Of a stretch of DNA of 64,000 nt, positions 53,526 to 62,084 are shown piece after piece. The DNA is taken from the NCBI GenBank assembly GCA_017856385.1, contig JAFMFD010000009.1, positions 10-64,009 on the forward strand. Direction: 5' to 3'. Source of the stretch: Actinomycetota bacterium. Its GTDB lineage: Bacteria; Actinomycetota; Actinomycetes; S36-B12. The notes below the pieces were generated by a model. That model did not search any database. It was not told where the DNA came from and saw only the letters and a program-made list of their open reading frames with translations. Position 1 is the first letter of the stretch; every line of letters starts with the position of its first letter. Both the position numbers and the translations under genes were made by a program.

Positions 53526-55141
53526 CCACTTCACCGTCGACGCGGATCGAGAACGCGACCGTCTGGACGGGCCATCGCCTGCCCGACGGTCGTGTGGAGA
53601 CCACGGACGCCCTGCTCATGCGAGACGGCCGGGTGGTCGCGCTGGGCGCAGCCGCGCGGGCCATGGATGCCGACGAGGTCGTCGACGCGCACGGTGGCTT
53701 CGTCGCCCCGGCCTTCGGCGACGGCCATGTCCACCCGATCTTCGGCGGCCTCGAGCAGCAGTTCGCAGCGGTCCGAGAGGGCACGTCGGTGGAGGAGATC
53801 GCGGCTGCCGTCGGCCGGTGGGCCCACGAGCACCCGGATGCGGAGTGGATCCGCGGCGAGGGGTTCGACCCCACGCTGGCCCCGGGTGGGGTCTTCCGCG
53901 CCGAGTGGCTCGATGCTCAGGTGCCGGACCGGCCGGTGGTCCTGCGTGCCACCGACTACCACACCGTGTGGGTGAACTCCGAGGCTCTGCGCCGTTCGGG
54001 CTACGGCAGGGGAGTCGTCCAGCCGCATGACGGTGAGATCGTGCTCGACGACGACGGTGCGCCCAACGGCACGCTGCGGGAGTGGGGTGCGTGGCGGCCC
54101 GTGTACGCACTTCTTCCCGCCGTCCCGACGGAGCAGGTCGCGGCTGCGATCGACTTCGCGACGTCGTCCTTCGCCCAGGCAGGCCTGACGTGGATCCAGG
54201 ATGCGTGGGTGGAGTCAGCGGACGTCACCGCGTGGCTCGACGCTCTCGACGCCGGAGCGGTGCACGTCGATGTGGACCTCGCGCAGTGGGCGGACCCGAA
54301 CACCTGGCGTGACCAGCTGGCCGGCTTCGTGGATGCCCGCCGGCTCGTCGACGCGCGCGGAGGAGGCCGCATCACGGCGCACACCGTGAAGTTCTTCGCC
54401 GACGGCGTCATCGAGTCGGCGACGGGAGCGCTCATCGAGCCGTACTGCGACTGCCCCCACTCGCGCGGGATCCCCAACTGGGATCCGGAGGAGTTGAAGC
54501 TCGCCGTCGCCGCGGTCGACGCCCACGGCTTCACGCCCCACCTCCATGCCATCGGTGACCAGGCGATCCGCAATGCGCTCGACGCCATGGAGCATGCTGC
54601 CCGCGTCAATGGGCCCCGTGATCGCCGCTGGACCATCTGCCACGTGCAGCTCGTCGATCCCGCCGACATCCCACGCTTCGCCGAACTGGGTGTCATCGCC
54701 AACTTCGAGCCCTACTGGTCGAAGTTCGACTCCTGGCAGAGCGAGCTCAACACCGCTCGACTGGGCGAGGAGCGCCTCAACCGGCAGTTCCAGACCGCGA
54801 CACTCGCGCGGTCCGGAGCACGGATCTCCTTCGGCAGCGACTGGCCCGTGACGACCTACGCCCCGCTCGAGGGCATCCAGGTGGCCGTGACGCGCAAGGT
54901 GAGTCCGGACGAGCCGGCGTGGATGCCGGATGAGCGCATCAGCGTGGACGACGCCCTCGCCGCATACACGTCGGGCGTGGCCTTCCAGGCGGGTCGGGAT
55001 GACGCGGGTGTGCTGAGGCCGGGTGCGGTCGCTGACGTGGTCTGGCTGGGCGCGGACCCGCACACGGTGGATCCGATGCGGATCGGCGGAATCCAGGTAC
55101 TCGGCACCTGGCGCGCCGGCGAGCCGGTCTACCGGCGCTAG
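53522..55141 (+). CDS. amidohydrolase family protein (Amidohydro_3 / YtcJ-like metal-dependent hydrolase)
   Basis: GGFVAPAFGDGHVHPIFGG (HxH), ...HLHAIGDQA..., ...ICHVQL..., ...SFGSDWPV (Asp). ATGA overlap with the HDAC-like gene. Confidence 0.8.
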   Translation: MTTSPSTRIENATVWTGHRLPDGRVETTDALLMRDGRVVALGAAARAMDADEVVDAHGGFVAPAFGDGHVHPIFGGLEQQFAAVREGTSVEEIAAAVGRWAHEHPDAEWIRGEGFDPTLAPGGVFRAEWLDAQVPDRPVVLRATDYHTVWVNSEALRRSGYGRGVVQPHDGEIVLDDDGAPNGTLREWGAWRPVYALLPAVPTEQVAAAIDFATSSFAQAGLTWIQDAWVESADVTAWLDALDAGAVHVDVDLAQWADPNTWRDQLAGFVDARRLVDARGGGRITAHTVKFFADGVIESATGALIEPYCDCPHSRGIPNWDPEELKLAVAAVDAHGFTPHLHAIGDQAIRNALDAMEHAARVNGPRDRRWTICHVQLVDPADIPRFAELGVIANFEPYWSKFDSWQSELNTARLGEERLNRQFQTATLARSGARISFGSDWPVTTYAPLEGIQVAVTRKVSPDEPAWMPDERISVDDALAAYTSGVAFQAGRDDAGVLRPGAVADVVWLGADPHTVDPMRIGGIQVLGTWRAGEPVYRR

Positions 55142-56019
55142 GCCATGACCGCGGAGACCGCGCGCACGTGATCTGCGGTCGACCCGCAGCAGGCACCGAT
55201 CATGTCAATGCCGGCGTCGCGCATATCGGAAGCGAACTCCGCCATCTCCTCGGGGGTTCCGGTGTACACGAACTCGCCGCCCACCAACTGAGGCAGTCCG
55301 GCGTTGGACTGCACGAGGATGCGGATCCCGGTGGGTCGGGTCTCCAGCAGGCCGGCGGCGATGATGCGCATCTCGTCGACGCCGCGGCCGCAGTTGGCAC
55401 CCACGACGTCGGCACCCATGGCGGAGATCTGCTGGGCGGCGGACTGCGGGGTGACCCCCATCATCGTGCGCAGGTTGGTGTCGAAGGACATCGTCGCGAA
55501 GATCGGCAGGCCCGGCGCCGTCCGCTGCGCTGCGGTGATGGCGGCCTGCACCTCGGCAAGGTCGCTCATGGTCTCGATGAGGATTCCGTCGACCCCACCG
55601 TCGACGAGCCCGGCGATCTGCTCGCTGAACAGCGCGATGGCGTCATCCTCGGTCAGGGTCCCGAGCGGCGCCATGAGGTCACCGGACGGCCCGATGTCGC
55701 CGAGGACGAAGCATCCCTCGTAGCGGTCGGCGACCGCGCGTGCCACCCGCGCGCCGGCGGCATTGAGCTCGTGCACGCGGTCCTCGAGGCCATGCATGGC
55801 CAGGCGCGGGCGGGAACCGCCGAACGTGTTCGTGGTCAGCAAGTGTGCGCCGGCCGCCGCGTACTCCTCGAGCACCTGCGACACGACGTCAGGGCGGTCG
55901 ACATTCCACAGCTCGGGTGCACCACCGTCGTCCAGGCCCACCAGCTGGAGCCGCGTCCCCATGGATCCGTCGCCGACCCGGATGCGCCCCTCGTCCAGCG
56001 CCGCTCGCAGCGTGCTCAC
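55138..56019 (-). CDS. homocysteine S-methyltransferase-domain protein (stand-alone Zn thiol methyltransferase, MetH N-terminal module-like)
   Basis: GTG 56019 after GGAGGTG. DGSMGTRL...LLTTNTFG...ILIETMSDL...VGANCGRG (Cys) ...IGACCGST (Cys-Cys) gives a complete Zn site. 293 aa with no pterin or B12 modules. Confidence 0.8.
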   Translation of the reverse strand: MSTLRAALDEGRIRVGDGSMGTRLQLVGLDDGGAPELWNVDRPDVVSQVLEEYAAAGAHLLTTNTFGGSRPRLAMHGLEDRVHELNAAGARVARAVADRYEGCFVLGDIGPSGDLMAPLGTLTEDDAIALFSEQIAGLVDGGVDGILIETMSDLAEVQAAITAAQRTAPGLPIFATMSFDTNLRTMMGVTPQSAAQQISAMGADVVGANCGRGVDEMRIIAAGLLETRPTGIRILVQSNAGLPQLVGGEFVYTGTPEEMAEFASDMRDAGIDMIGACCGSTADHVRAVSAVMA

Positions 56020-56315
56020 CTGCCACCTCCGTAGTCGCTGACGTGCTCGTCGAGGCGCTCTTGGTCCCACTCGTCCTCCAGCGCCTGCGCCAGAGTAGCC
56101 GCGGCCTCGGCCGGGGTGCCCTCGGCGGCGACCCAGGGATCGCGGGCCCACCCGGCGAGGTAGGCATCGGCGTCGGTCTCGCCGGCACGCATCGCGGCCT
56201 CGTCGATGGCCTCCTGAAAGCGCGCGGGCAGGGGGATCTTGACCACCTCGTCACCGTCCCTGGCGGTGACCATCGAAGGGATGCCCTGCCATCGGGTCAG
56301 CTGGACCTCGGTCAT
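56016..56315 (-). CDS. small 'virulence factor'-family protein (conserved WQGIPS motif), function unknown
   Basis: MTEVQLTRWQGIPSMVTARDGDEVVKIPLPARFQEAIDEAA... 4-nt overlaps with both neighbours. Confidence 0.6.
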   Translation of the reverse strand: MTEVQLTRWQGIPSMVTARDGDEVVKIPLPARFQEAIDEAAMRAGETDADAYLAGWARDPWVAAEGTPAEAAATLAQALEDEWDQERLDEHVSDYGGGR

Positions 56316-56521
56316 GCTCGTCCCTCCATGATCGCGAGGGCCTCATGCACCTCGGCGGACAGTTCATCCTGGTGCTCATACGCGTACGCACGCAGGGCGG
56401 CGATCATCGACGGCGCCCAGAAGCTCGTCAGGTGGGCAGCGGTCTGCTGTGATGCATGCGCCCGATCGGGGACGTTGGCCGCGATCTGATTCGCCATGAC
56501 GACCATGCGCTCGGTCATCAT
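56312..56521 (-). CDS. fdsD: formate dehydrogenase subunit delta
   Basis: 69 aa. MVVMANQIAANVP...AAHLTSFWAPSMIAAL matches the FdsD pattern (VxMANQI...HLxxFWxPxM). ATGA coupled. Confidence 0.7.
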   Translation of the reverse strand: MMTERMVVMANQIAANVPDRAHASQQTAAHLTSFWAPSMIAALRAYAYEHQDELSAEVHEALAIMEGRA

Positions 56522-59331
56522 GACAGGGCATCCACCCCAGCATGCTCACGTGCGGCCATCGCAGGTCGCGAGTCTGGGCGGACCTCCACCGCCGTCACCT
56601 TGTACTCCGGGCAGTTGGTGGCCCAGTCGGAGTTCTCGGTGGTCACGATGTTCGCACCGCTCACCGGGTAGTGGAAGGTCGTGTAGACCACGCCGGCCGG
56701 GATGTCCTCGGTCAGGCGGACTCGCAGGGTCGTGCGTCCGGCGCGGCTGGTGACCTCGGCCCAGGTGCCGTCGGCGATGCCCCGCGGCTCAGCATCCGCC
56801 GGATGCATGTCGAGGACGTCCTCCTGGTGCCAGGTCCTGTTGGCTGTGCGCCGCGTCTGCGCGCCGACGTTGTACTGGCTGAGGATCCGGCCCGTTGTCA
56901 GCAGCAGCGGGAATCGCCGGTTGCTGCGCTCGCTCGTCGGCACGTAGGGGGTAGTCACGAACGTCCCGAGGCCCTTGACGAAGTGGTCGACATGCATGAT
57001 CGGGGTGCCGAGGGGTGCGGCCTCGTTGCACGGCCACTGAACGCTGCCGACCCGGTCGAGGAGGTCGAAGCTGACGCCCGCGAAGGTGGGCGTGATCGCG
57101 GCGATTTCATCCATGATCTGCGACGCGTCGTCGTAGCCCATCGGGTAGCCGAGGGCGGTGGCCAGCTCGCATGCGACCTCCCACTCGGCCCGGCCGGTCT
57201 GGGAGGGCATCACCGGCCGGACGCGGTTGATCCGCCGCTCGGCATTGGTGAAGGTGCCGTCCTTCTCCAGGAAGCTCGTGCCCGGGAGGAAGACGTGCGC
57301 GAACGCCGCCGTCTCGTTCAGGAAGAGGTCCTGCACGATGACGCACTCCATCGACCGCAGCGCGTCCTTGACGTGCTCGGTGTTGGGATCGGACTGCGCG
57401 ATGTCCTCGCCCTGGATGAAGATCCCTTTGAACTCCCCGACGGTCGCCGCGTCGAGCATGTTCGGGATGCGCAGGCCCGGGTCGGGCCGCAGTGCCGTTC
57501 CCCACAGGGTCTCGAACTGCTCCCGGACGGTCGTGTCGGAGACGTGCCGGTAGCCGGAGAACTCGTGCGGGAAGGAGCCCATGTCGCACGAGCCCTGCAC
57601 GTTGTTCTGCCCGCGGAGCGGATTGACTCCCACGCCGCGGCGGCCGATGTTCCCGGTGGCCATGGCGAGGTTCGCCATGGCCATCACCATCGTGGAGCCC
57701 TGGCTGTGCTCGGTGACGCCGAGGCCGTAGTAGATCGCGGCATTGCCCGCGGTCGCATAGCGACGGGCTGCGCGGCGGACGGCCTCGGCCGGGACGCCCG
57801 TCTCGGGCTCGAGGGCCTCCGGGCTGTTCTCCGGCAGGCGGATGAAGGACTCCCACGCGGCGAACGACACCGGGTCGCAGCGCTCAGCGACGAAGTCGCG
57901 GTCGATGAGCCCCTCGTCGGCGATGACGTGGGCCATGGCGTTGACGACGGCGACGTTCGTTCCGGGGCGCAGCTGCAGGTGCTCCTCGGCGTGGATGTGG
58001 GGGCTCTCGACGAGGGCGATCCTGCGTGGGTCGATGACGATGAGCCCGGCGCCCTCGCGGATACGGCGCTTCATCCGGGAGGCGAACACCGGGTGGGCGT
58101 CGGTGGGGTTGGCGCCGATGACGACGATGACGTCGGCCTCGGCTACAGACGCGAAGTCCTGGGTGCCAGCGGAGGTGCCGAACGTCTGCTTGAGCCCGTA
58201 GCCGGTGGGGGAGTGGCACACCCGGGCGCAGGTGTCGACATTGTTGTTGCCGAAGGCCGCCCGGATCATCTTCTGGACGACGAACACCTCCTCGTTGGTG
58301 CACCGGGAGGAGGTGATGCCGCCGACGGAGTCCGTGCCGTGGCGCGCCTGGAGGTCCCGGATGCGCGTCGCGGCGAACGCGATGGCCTCCTCCCAGGACA
58401 CCTCGCGCCAGTCGTGGCTGATGTCCTCGCGGATCATCGGCGCCGTGATGCGGTCGGCGTGCGTCGCGTAGCCCCAGGCGAAGCGTCCCTTGACGCACGA
58501 GTGGCCCGCGTTGGCGCCACCCTCCTTGGCAGGCACCATGCGCACGAGTTCGTTGCCGCGCATCTCGGCGTTGAACGAGCAGCCCACGCCGCAGTACGCG
58601 CAGGTGGTCTTGACCACGCGGGTCGGGATCCCGATGTCGATGACGGACTTCTCCTGCAGGGTCGCCGTGGGGCAGGCCTGGACGCAGGCACCACAGGAGA
58701 CGCACTCGCTGCTCATGAAGGGCTCGTCGGCCGACGCGCTGACCTTCGAGCCGAAGCCACGTCCGCTGATGGTCAGGGCGAAGGTGCCCTGGATCTCGTC
58801 GCAGGCCCGCACGCAGCGGCTGCAGGCGATGCACTTGCTGGCGTCGAAGGTGAAGTAGGGGTTGCTCTCGTCCTTGGGTGCTGCGAGGTGGTTCTCGCCG
58901 TCGTAGCCGTACCGGACGTCGCGCAGGCCGACCACCCCGGCCATGTCCTGCAGCTCGCAGTCGCCGTTGGCCGGGCAGGTGAGGCAGTCGAGCGGGTGGT
59001 CGGAGATGTAGAGCTCCATGACGCCCCGGCGGATCCGCGCGACGTGCGCAGTCTGCGTATGGACGACCATGCCCTCGGCGCAGGGAGTGGTGCACGAGGC
59101 GGGCGTCCCGGGGCGTCCGTCGATCTGGACGACGCACAGCCGGCAGGATCCGAACGCCTCCAGGGAGTCGGTGGCGCACAGCTTCGGGACCGATGTTCCG
59201 GCGAGTGCTGCGGCACGCATGACAGACGTGCCCGCAGGCACCTCCACTGCGATGCCGTCGATGGTGACGGTCACGCACTGGTCGGACTCGACGGCAGGCG
59301 TCCCGAGATCGGGTTCATGCAGTGCGGTCAT
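56518..59331 (-). CDS. fdsA: NAD-dependent formate dehydrogenase alpha subunit (Mo/W-bisPGD, 2Fe-2S + 4Fe-4S N-terminal domains)
   Basis: ATG 59331 gives MTALHEPDL...VTIDGIAVEVPAGTSVMRAA...FGSCRLCVV (2Fe-2S), CIACSRCVRAC / CVSCGACVQACP (4Fe-4S), CAYCGVGC, GHSCVKGRF, SSRCTNEE, active-site CARVCHSPT (Cys, no in-frame TGA). The upstream 113 codons of the ORF are rejected. Confidence 0.9.
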   Translation of the reverse strand: MTALHEPDLGTPAVESDQCVTVTIDGIAVEVPAGTSVMRAAALAGTSVPKLCATDSLEAFGSCRLCVVQIDGRPGTPASCTTPCAEGMVVHTQTAHVARIRRGVMELYISDHPLDCLTCPANGDCELQDMAGVVGLRDVRYGYDGENHLAAPKDESNPYFTFDASKCIACSRCVRACDEIQGTFALTISGRGFGSKVSASADEPFMSSECVSCGACVQACPTATLQEKSVIDIGIPTRVVKTTCAYCGVGCSFNAEMRGNELVRMVPAKEGGANAGHSCVKGRFAWGYATHADRITAPMIREDISHDWREVSWEEAIAFAATRIRDLQARHGTDSVGGITSSRCTNEEVFVVQKMIRAAFGNNNVDTCARVCHSPTGYGLKQTFGTSAGTQDFASVAEADVIVVIGANPTDAHPVFASRMKRRIREGAGLIVIDPRRIALVESPHIHAEEHLQLRPGTNVAVVNAMAHVIADEGLIDRDFVAERCDPVSFAAWESFIRLPENSPEALEPETGVPAEAVRRAARRYATAGNAAIYYGLGVTEHSQGSTMVMAMANLAMATGNIGRRGVGVNPLRGQNNVQGSCDMGSFPHEFSGYRHVSDTTVREQFETLWGTALRPDPGLRIPNMLDAATVGEFKGIFIQGEDIAQSDPNTEHVKDALRSMECVIVQDLFLNETAAFAHVFLPGTSFLEKDGTFTNAERRINRVRPVMPSQTGRAEWEVACELATALGYPMGYDDASQIMDEIAAITPTFAGVSFDLLDRVGSVQWPCNEAAPLGTPIMHVDHFVKGLGTFVTTPYVPTSERSNRRFPLLLTTGRILSQYNVGAQTRRTANRTWHQEDVLDMHPADAEPRGIADGTWAEVTSRAGRTTLRVRLTEDIPAGVVYTTFHYPVSGANIVTTENSDWATNCPEYKVTAVEVRPDSRPAMAAREHAGVDALS

Positions 59332-60868
59332 CGTGGCCCTCCGGTGATCGTGACCCTCCGGTGGTCGGGAAGTCCTCGGGAAAGGAGCGGAGCGCACTGA
59401 GGACGGGCATGGGGGTGAGTCCTCCCATCGCGCAGAGCGAGCCGTCGCGCATGACCTCGCAGAGATCCTCGAGCAGTTCGAGGTTACCCCCTGGATCCTC
59501 GCCGCGGCGGATCCGGTCGATGACCTCCACGCCCCGGGTGGAGCCGATCCGACATGGGGTGCACTTGCCGCAGGACTCCTCGGCGCAGAACTCCATCGCG
59601 AACCGCGCCTGTTCGGCCATGTCGACAGTGTCGTCGAAGACGACGACGCCTCCGTGGCCGAGCATCGCACCGTTCGCGGCGAGTGCCTCGTAGGTCATCG
59701 GGACGTCGAGCTGGTCGGCGCGCAGGTAGGAGCCCAGCGGACCCCCGACCTGCACCGCCCGTACGGGGCGGCCTGAAAGCGTCCCTCCGCCCCAGTCCTC
59801 GACCAGCTCGCGCAGCGATACGCCGAAGCCCAGCTCGACGATCCCGCCCCGGGCGATGTTGCCGGAGAGCTGGAAGACGCTTGTGCCGCGGGACGTGTCG
59901 GCGCCATGGCCGGCGTAGGCCTCAGGACCGTGGGCGAGGATCGTCGGGACCGCGGCCATCGTCATGACGTTGTTGATCACGGTGGGCCGGCCGAACAGCC
60001 CGGCGAGCGCCGGGAGCGGAGGCTTGGGCCGCACCATGCCGCGGCGGCCCTCGATGCTCTCGAGCATCGCCGTCTCCTCGCCGCAGACGTACGAGCCGGC
60101 TCCCACGCAGACCTCGATGTCGAAGGAGTGGTCCGAGTCGAGGACTGACGACCCGAGCCAGCCCCGGATGCGGGCGACGTCGATCGCCGTGCGCAGCGTC
60201 GCGATCGCGTCGGGGTACTCGGACCGGACGTACACGATGCCGTGCTCGGCGCCGGTGGCGACGCCAGCGATGACCATGCCCTCGATGAGGGTGAAGGGGT
60301 CGCCCTCCATCAGCACGCGATCTGCGTAGGTGCCGCTGTCGCCCTCGTCGGCGTTGACGACCACGTACTTGCGGTCTGCAGTGGCCTGGGCCACTGTGCG
60401 CCACTTGATGCCTGCGGGAAAGCCGGCACCTCCTCGGCCGCGCAGTCCTGACGCGATGACCGCCTCGACGATGTCGGCCGGTGTGCTCGCCAGAGCGGCA
60501 TGCAGCCCGTCGAGGCCGCCGTCGGCCTCGTACGCCTCCGCATCGACGGGGTCATGCCGGCCGACCCGGGCGAAGGTCAGCCGCTCCTGGCGGGCCAGCC
60601 ACGAGATGTCGTCGACCGGCCCGAGGTGCCGTGGGTGGCTCGCGAGACGTCCGTCGGCGAGTGCGGCGAGGAGCGTCGGCACATCGGCCGGCGTGATCGG
60701 CCCTAGGCCGATGCGCACGTCGGCATCGACCTCGACCAGCGGCTCCAGCCACATCGCGCCACGCGAGCCAGTGCGGATCACCGTGTGGCCCGCTGCAGCG
60801 CAGGCCTCGGCCACGGCATCGGCGCCCACGCTGCGTGCGGAGGAGTCCCGCGGGATGTGCACGATCAT
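59315..60868 (-). CDS. fdsB: formate dehydrogenase beta subunit (NuoF-like, FMN/NAD-binding, 4Fe-4S)
   Basis: GLRGRGGAGFPAGIKW, NADEGDSGTYADR, ESCGKCTPCRIGS...SLCAMG. Overlaps the fdsA start by 17 nt. Confidence 0.9.
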   Translation of the reverse strand: MIVHIPRDSSARSVGADAVAEACAAAGHTVIRTGSRGAMWLEPLVEVDADVRIGLGPITPADVPTLLAALADGRLASHPRHLGPVDDISWLARQERLTFARVGRHDPVDAEAYEADGGLDGLHAALASTPADIVEAVIASGLRGRGGAGFPAGIKWRTVAQATADRKYVVVNADEGDSGTYADRVLMEGDPFTLIEGMVIAGVATGAEHGIVYVRSEYPDAIATLRTAIDVARIRGWLGSSVLDSDHSFDIEVCVGAGSYVCGEETAMLESIEGRRGMVRPKPPLPALAGLFGRPTVINNVMTMAAVPTILAHGPEAYAGHGADTSRGTSVFQLSGNIARGGIVELGFGVSLRELVEDWGGGTLSGRPVRAVQVGGPLGSYLRADQLDVPMTYEALAANGAMLGHGGVVVFDDTVDMAEQARFAMEFCAEESCGKCTPCRIGSTRGVEVIDRIRRGEDPGGNLELLEDLCEVMRDGSLCAMGGLTPMPVLSALRSFPEDFPTTGGSRSPEGHDDRTA

Positions 60869-61284
60869 CGCCGGATCCTGTCCACGAGTGCCTGATTCGT
60901 CGCGCGGCCGACGAGCTCGCCGTTGATGACTGCGGCGGGGCCGAGCGCGCAGTTGCCCATGCAGTACACGTGCGTGACGTCGACCTCGGGACCCACCAGG
61001 GCCTCTGCCTCGTGCCGTAGCTCGCGGGCCCCCACGGCCTGGCAGGCCTCTCCCATGCAGATGCGCACCTCGACGGGGCTCGGCGGAGTCCGGCGCAGGT
61101 CGGAGTAGTAGGTCAGCACCCCGTACACATCGGCGCGGGACACTCCGCAGGCCTGGGCCACGGCAGTGAGCGAGGAGTCCGGCACGTACCCGAAGTGCTC
61201 CTGCAGCGCCTGCAGGGTCGGCAGGATCAGCAGGGGCGGGGTCAGCCCGGACAGGAGCGCCTCCACCGACGCGTCCGTGCTCAT
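60865..61284 (-). CDS. fdsG: formate dehydrogenase gamma subunit (NuoE-like 2Fe-2S)
   Basis: LQALQEHFGYVP...VYGVLTYYSDL...VRICMGEACQ...VYCMGNCALGPA. Confidence 0.85.
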   Translation of the reverse strand: MSTDASVEALLSGLTPPLLILPTLQALQEHFGYVPDSSLTAVAQACGVSRADVYGVLTYYSDLRRTPPSPVEVRICMGEACQAVGARELRHEAEALVGPEVDVTHVYCMGNCALGPAAVINGELVGRATNQALVDRIRR

Positions 61285-62084
61285 GGGCGCACCCGCTCGA
61301 CTCCGCTGTAGGCGTTGCAGCGTCCGTCGCGGGCGAACCCGAGGAGCACGAGTCCGTGCTCGCGGGCCACGTCGACGGCGAGGCTGGTCGGTGCCGAGAC
61401 GGCCGCGATCCCGGCGATCCCGGCCGCCAGGCCCTTCTGGACGATCTCGAACGAGACCCGGCCGCTGACCAGCAGCAGGTGGTCCGTGAGCGGCATGCGC
61501 TCGTTCAGCAGGGCCCAGCCGATCGCCTTGTCGACGGCGTTGTGGCGGCCTACATCCTCGCGGGTGACGACGAGCTCGCCGTCGGGGTCGACCAGTCCGG
61601 CGGCGTGGAGCCCCCCGGTGCGGTCGAATACGCGCTGGGCCCTGCGCAGGTCGGTCATGAGCCGGTCGACGTGCGCGACGCTGATGCCCCAGCCGTCGGT
61701 CTGCAGGGGCGCGGGCGAGAGCCGGACCCCGGCGATCACGTCGGCACTGCAGATGCCGCAGGCGCTCGATGTCACGAAGGCCCGCGGGCGCGGCCCCTCG
61801 ACTCCCGGGGCCAGCGAGATCCGCACGGTGTCGGTGGTGTCGTCCGCTGAAGCGGACAGTGCGGCCAGCGTCGTGATGTCGCTGTGCTCCTGGACGTCCG
61901 ACTCGGCCACGAGCCAGCCGGCGGCGAGCTCGAGATCGTGTCCGGGCGTGCGCATGGTGGTCACCAGCACCTCACCGTCGTTGACGAGCGTGAGCGGTGC
62001 CTCGACAGCGATGGCATCGCCTTGCTCGTGCGCCCCATCGGCGCCGAACCTGACGGTGCTGCGTCGTGCTGTCGTCGCGCTCAT
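61281..62084 (-). CDS. fdhD: formate dehydrogenase accessory sulfurtransferase FdhD
   Basis: MRTPGHDLELAAGWL, SSACGICS, FDRTGGLHAAGL, EDVGRHNAVDKAIG, VSGRVSFEIVQK. ATG 62084 shares one nt with the fhs stop. The upstream 242 codons of ORF 61281..62810 overlap fhs and are rejected. Confidence 0.85.
   Translation of the reverse strand: MSATTARRSTVRFGADGAHEQGDAIAVEAPLTLVNDGEVLVTTMRTPGHDLELAAGWLVAESDVQEHSDITTLAALSASADDTTDTVRISLAPGVEGPRPRAFVTSSACGICSADVIAGVRLSPAPLQTDGWGISVAHVDRLMTDLRRAQRVFDRTGGLHAAGLVDPDGELVVTREDVGRHNAVDKAIGWALLNERMPLTDHLLLVSGRVSFEIVQKGLAAGIAGIAAVSAPTSLAVDVAREHGLVLLGFARDGRCNAYSGVERVRP

Noticed and set aside
55138-55141. Convergent genes sharing a palindromic CTAG as both stop codons (also at 30771-30774), and a 14-nt convergent overlap at 23494-23507
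   Set aside because: The overlaps are real in the sequence, but they are most simply explained by compact gene packing. There is no evidence of function beyond possible transcriptional interference.
56518-59331. Selenocysteine (in-frame TGA) in the formate dehydrogenase alpha subunit
   Set aside because: The ORF is uninterrupted and the active-site motif reads CARVCHSPT with Cys. No SECIS-like requirement applies.
56542-59400. 952-aa plus-strand ORF (and similar long antisense ORFs such as 16468..18144, 14834..16444, 35948..37894, 9152..10543, 44741..46243)
   Set aside because: These are mirror-frame ORFs opposite well-supported genes (fdsA, iorA, iorB, ligase, SBPs). This is a typical high-GC artefact, with Arg/Gly/Asp/His-rich low-complexity translations and no motifs.
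59332-59670. 113-codon N-terminal extension of the fdsA ORF
   Set aside because: It overlaps the 3' end of fdsB in another frame and is Ser/Ala/Arg junk. The conserved 2Fe-2S domain begins right after ATG 59331.
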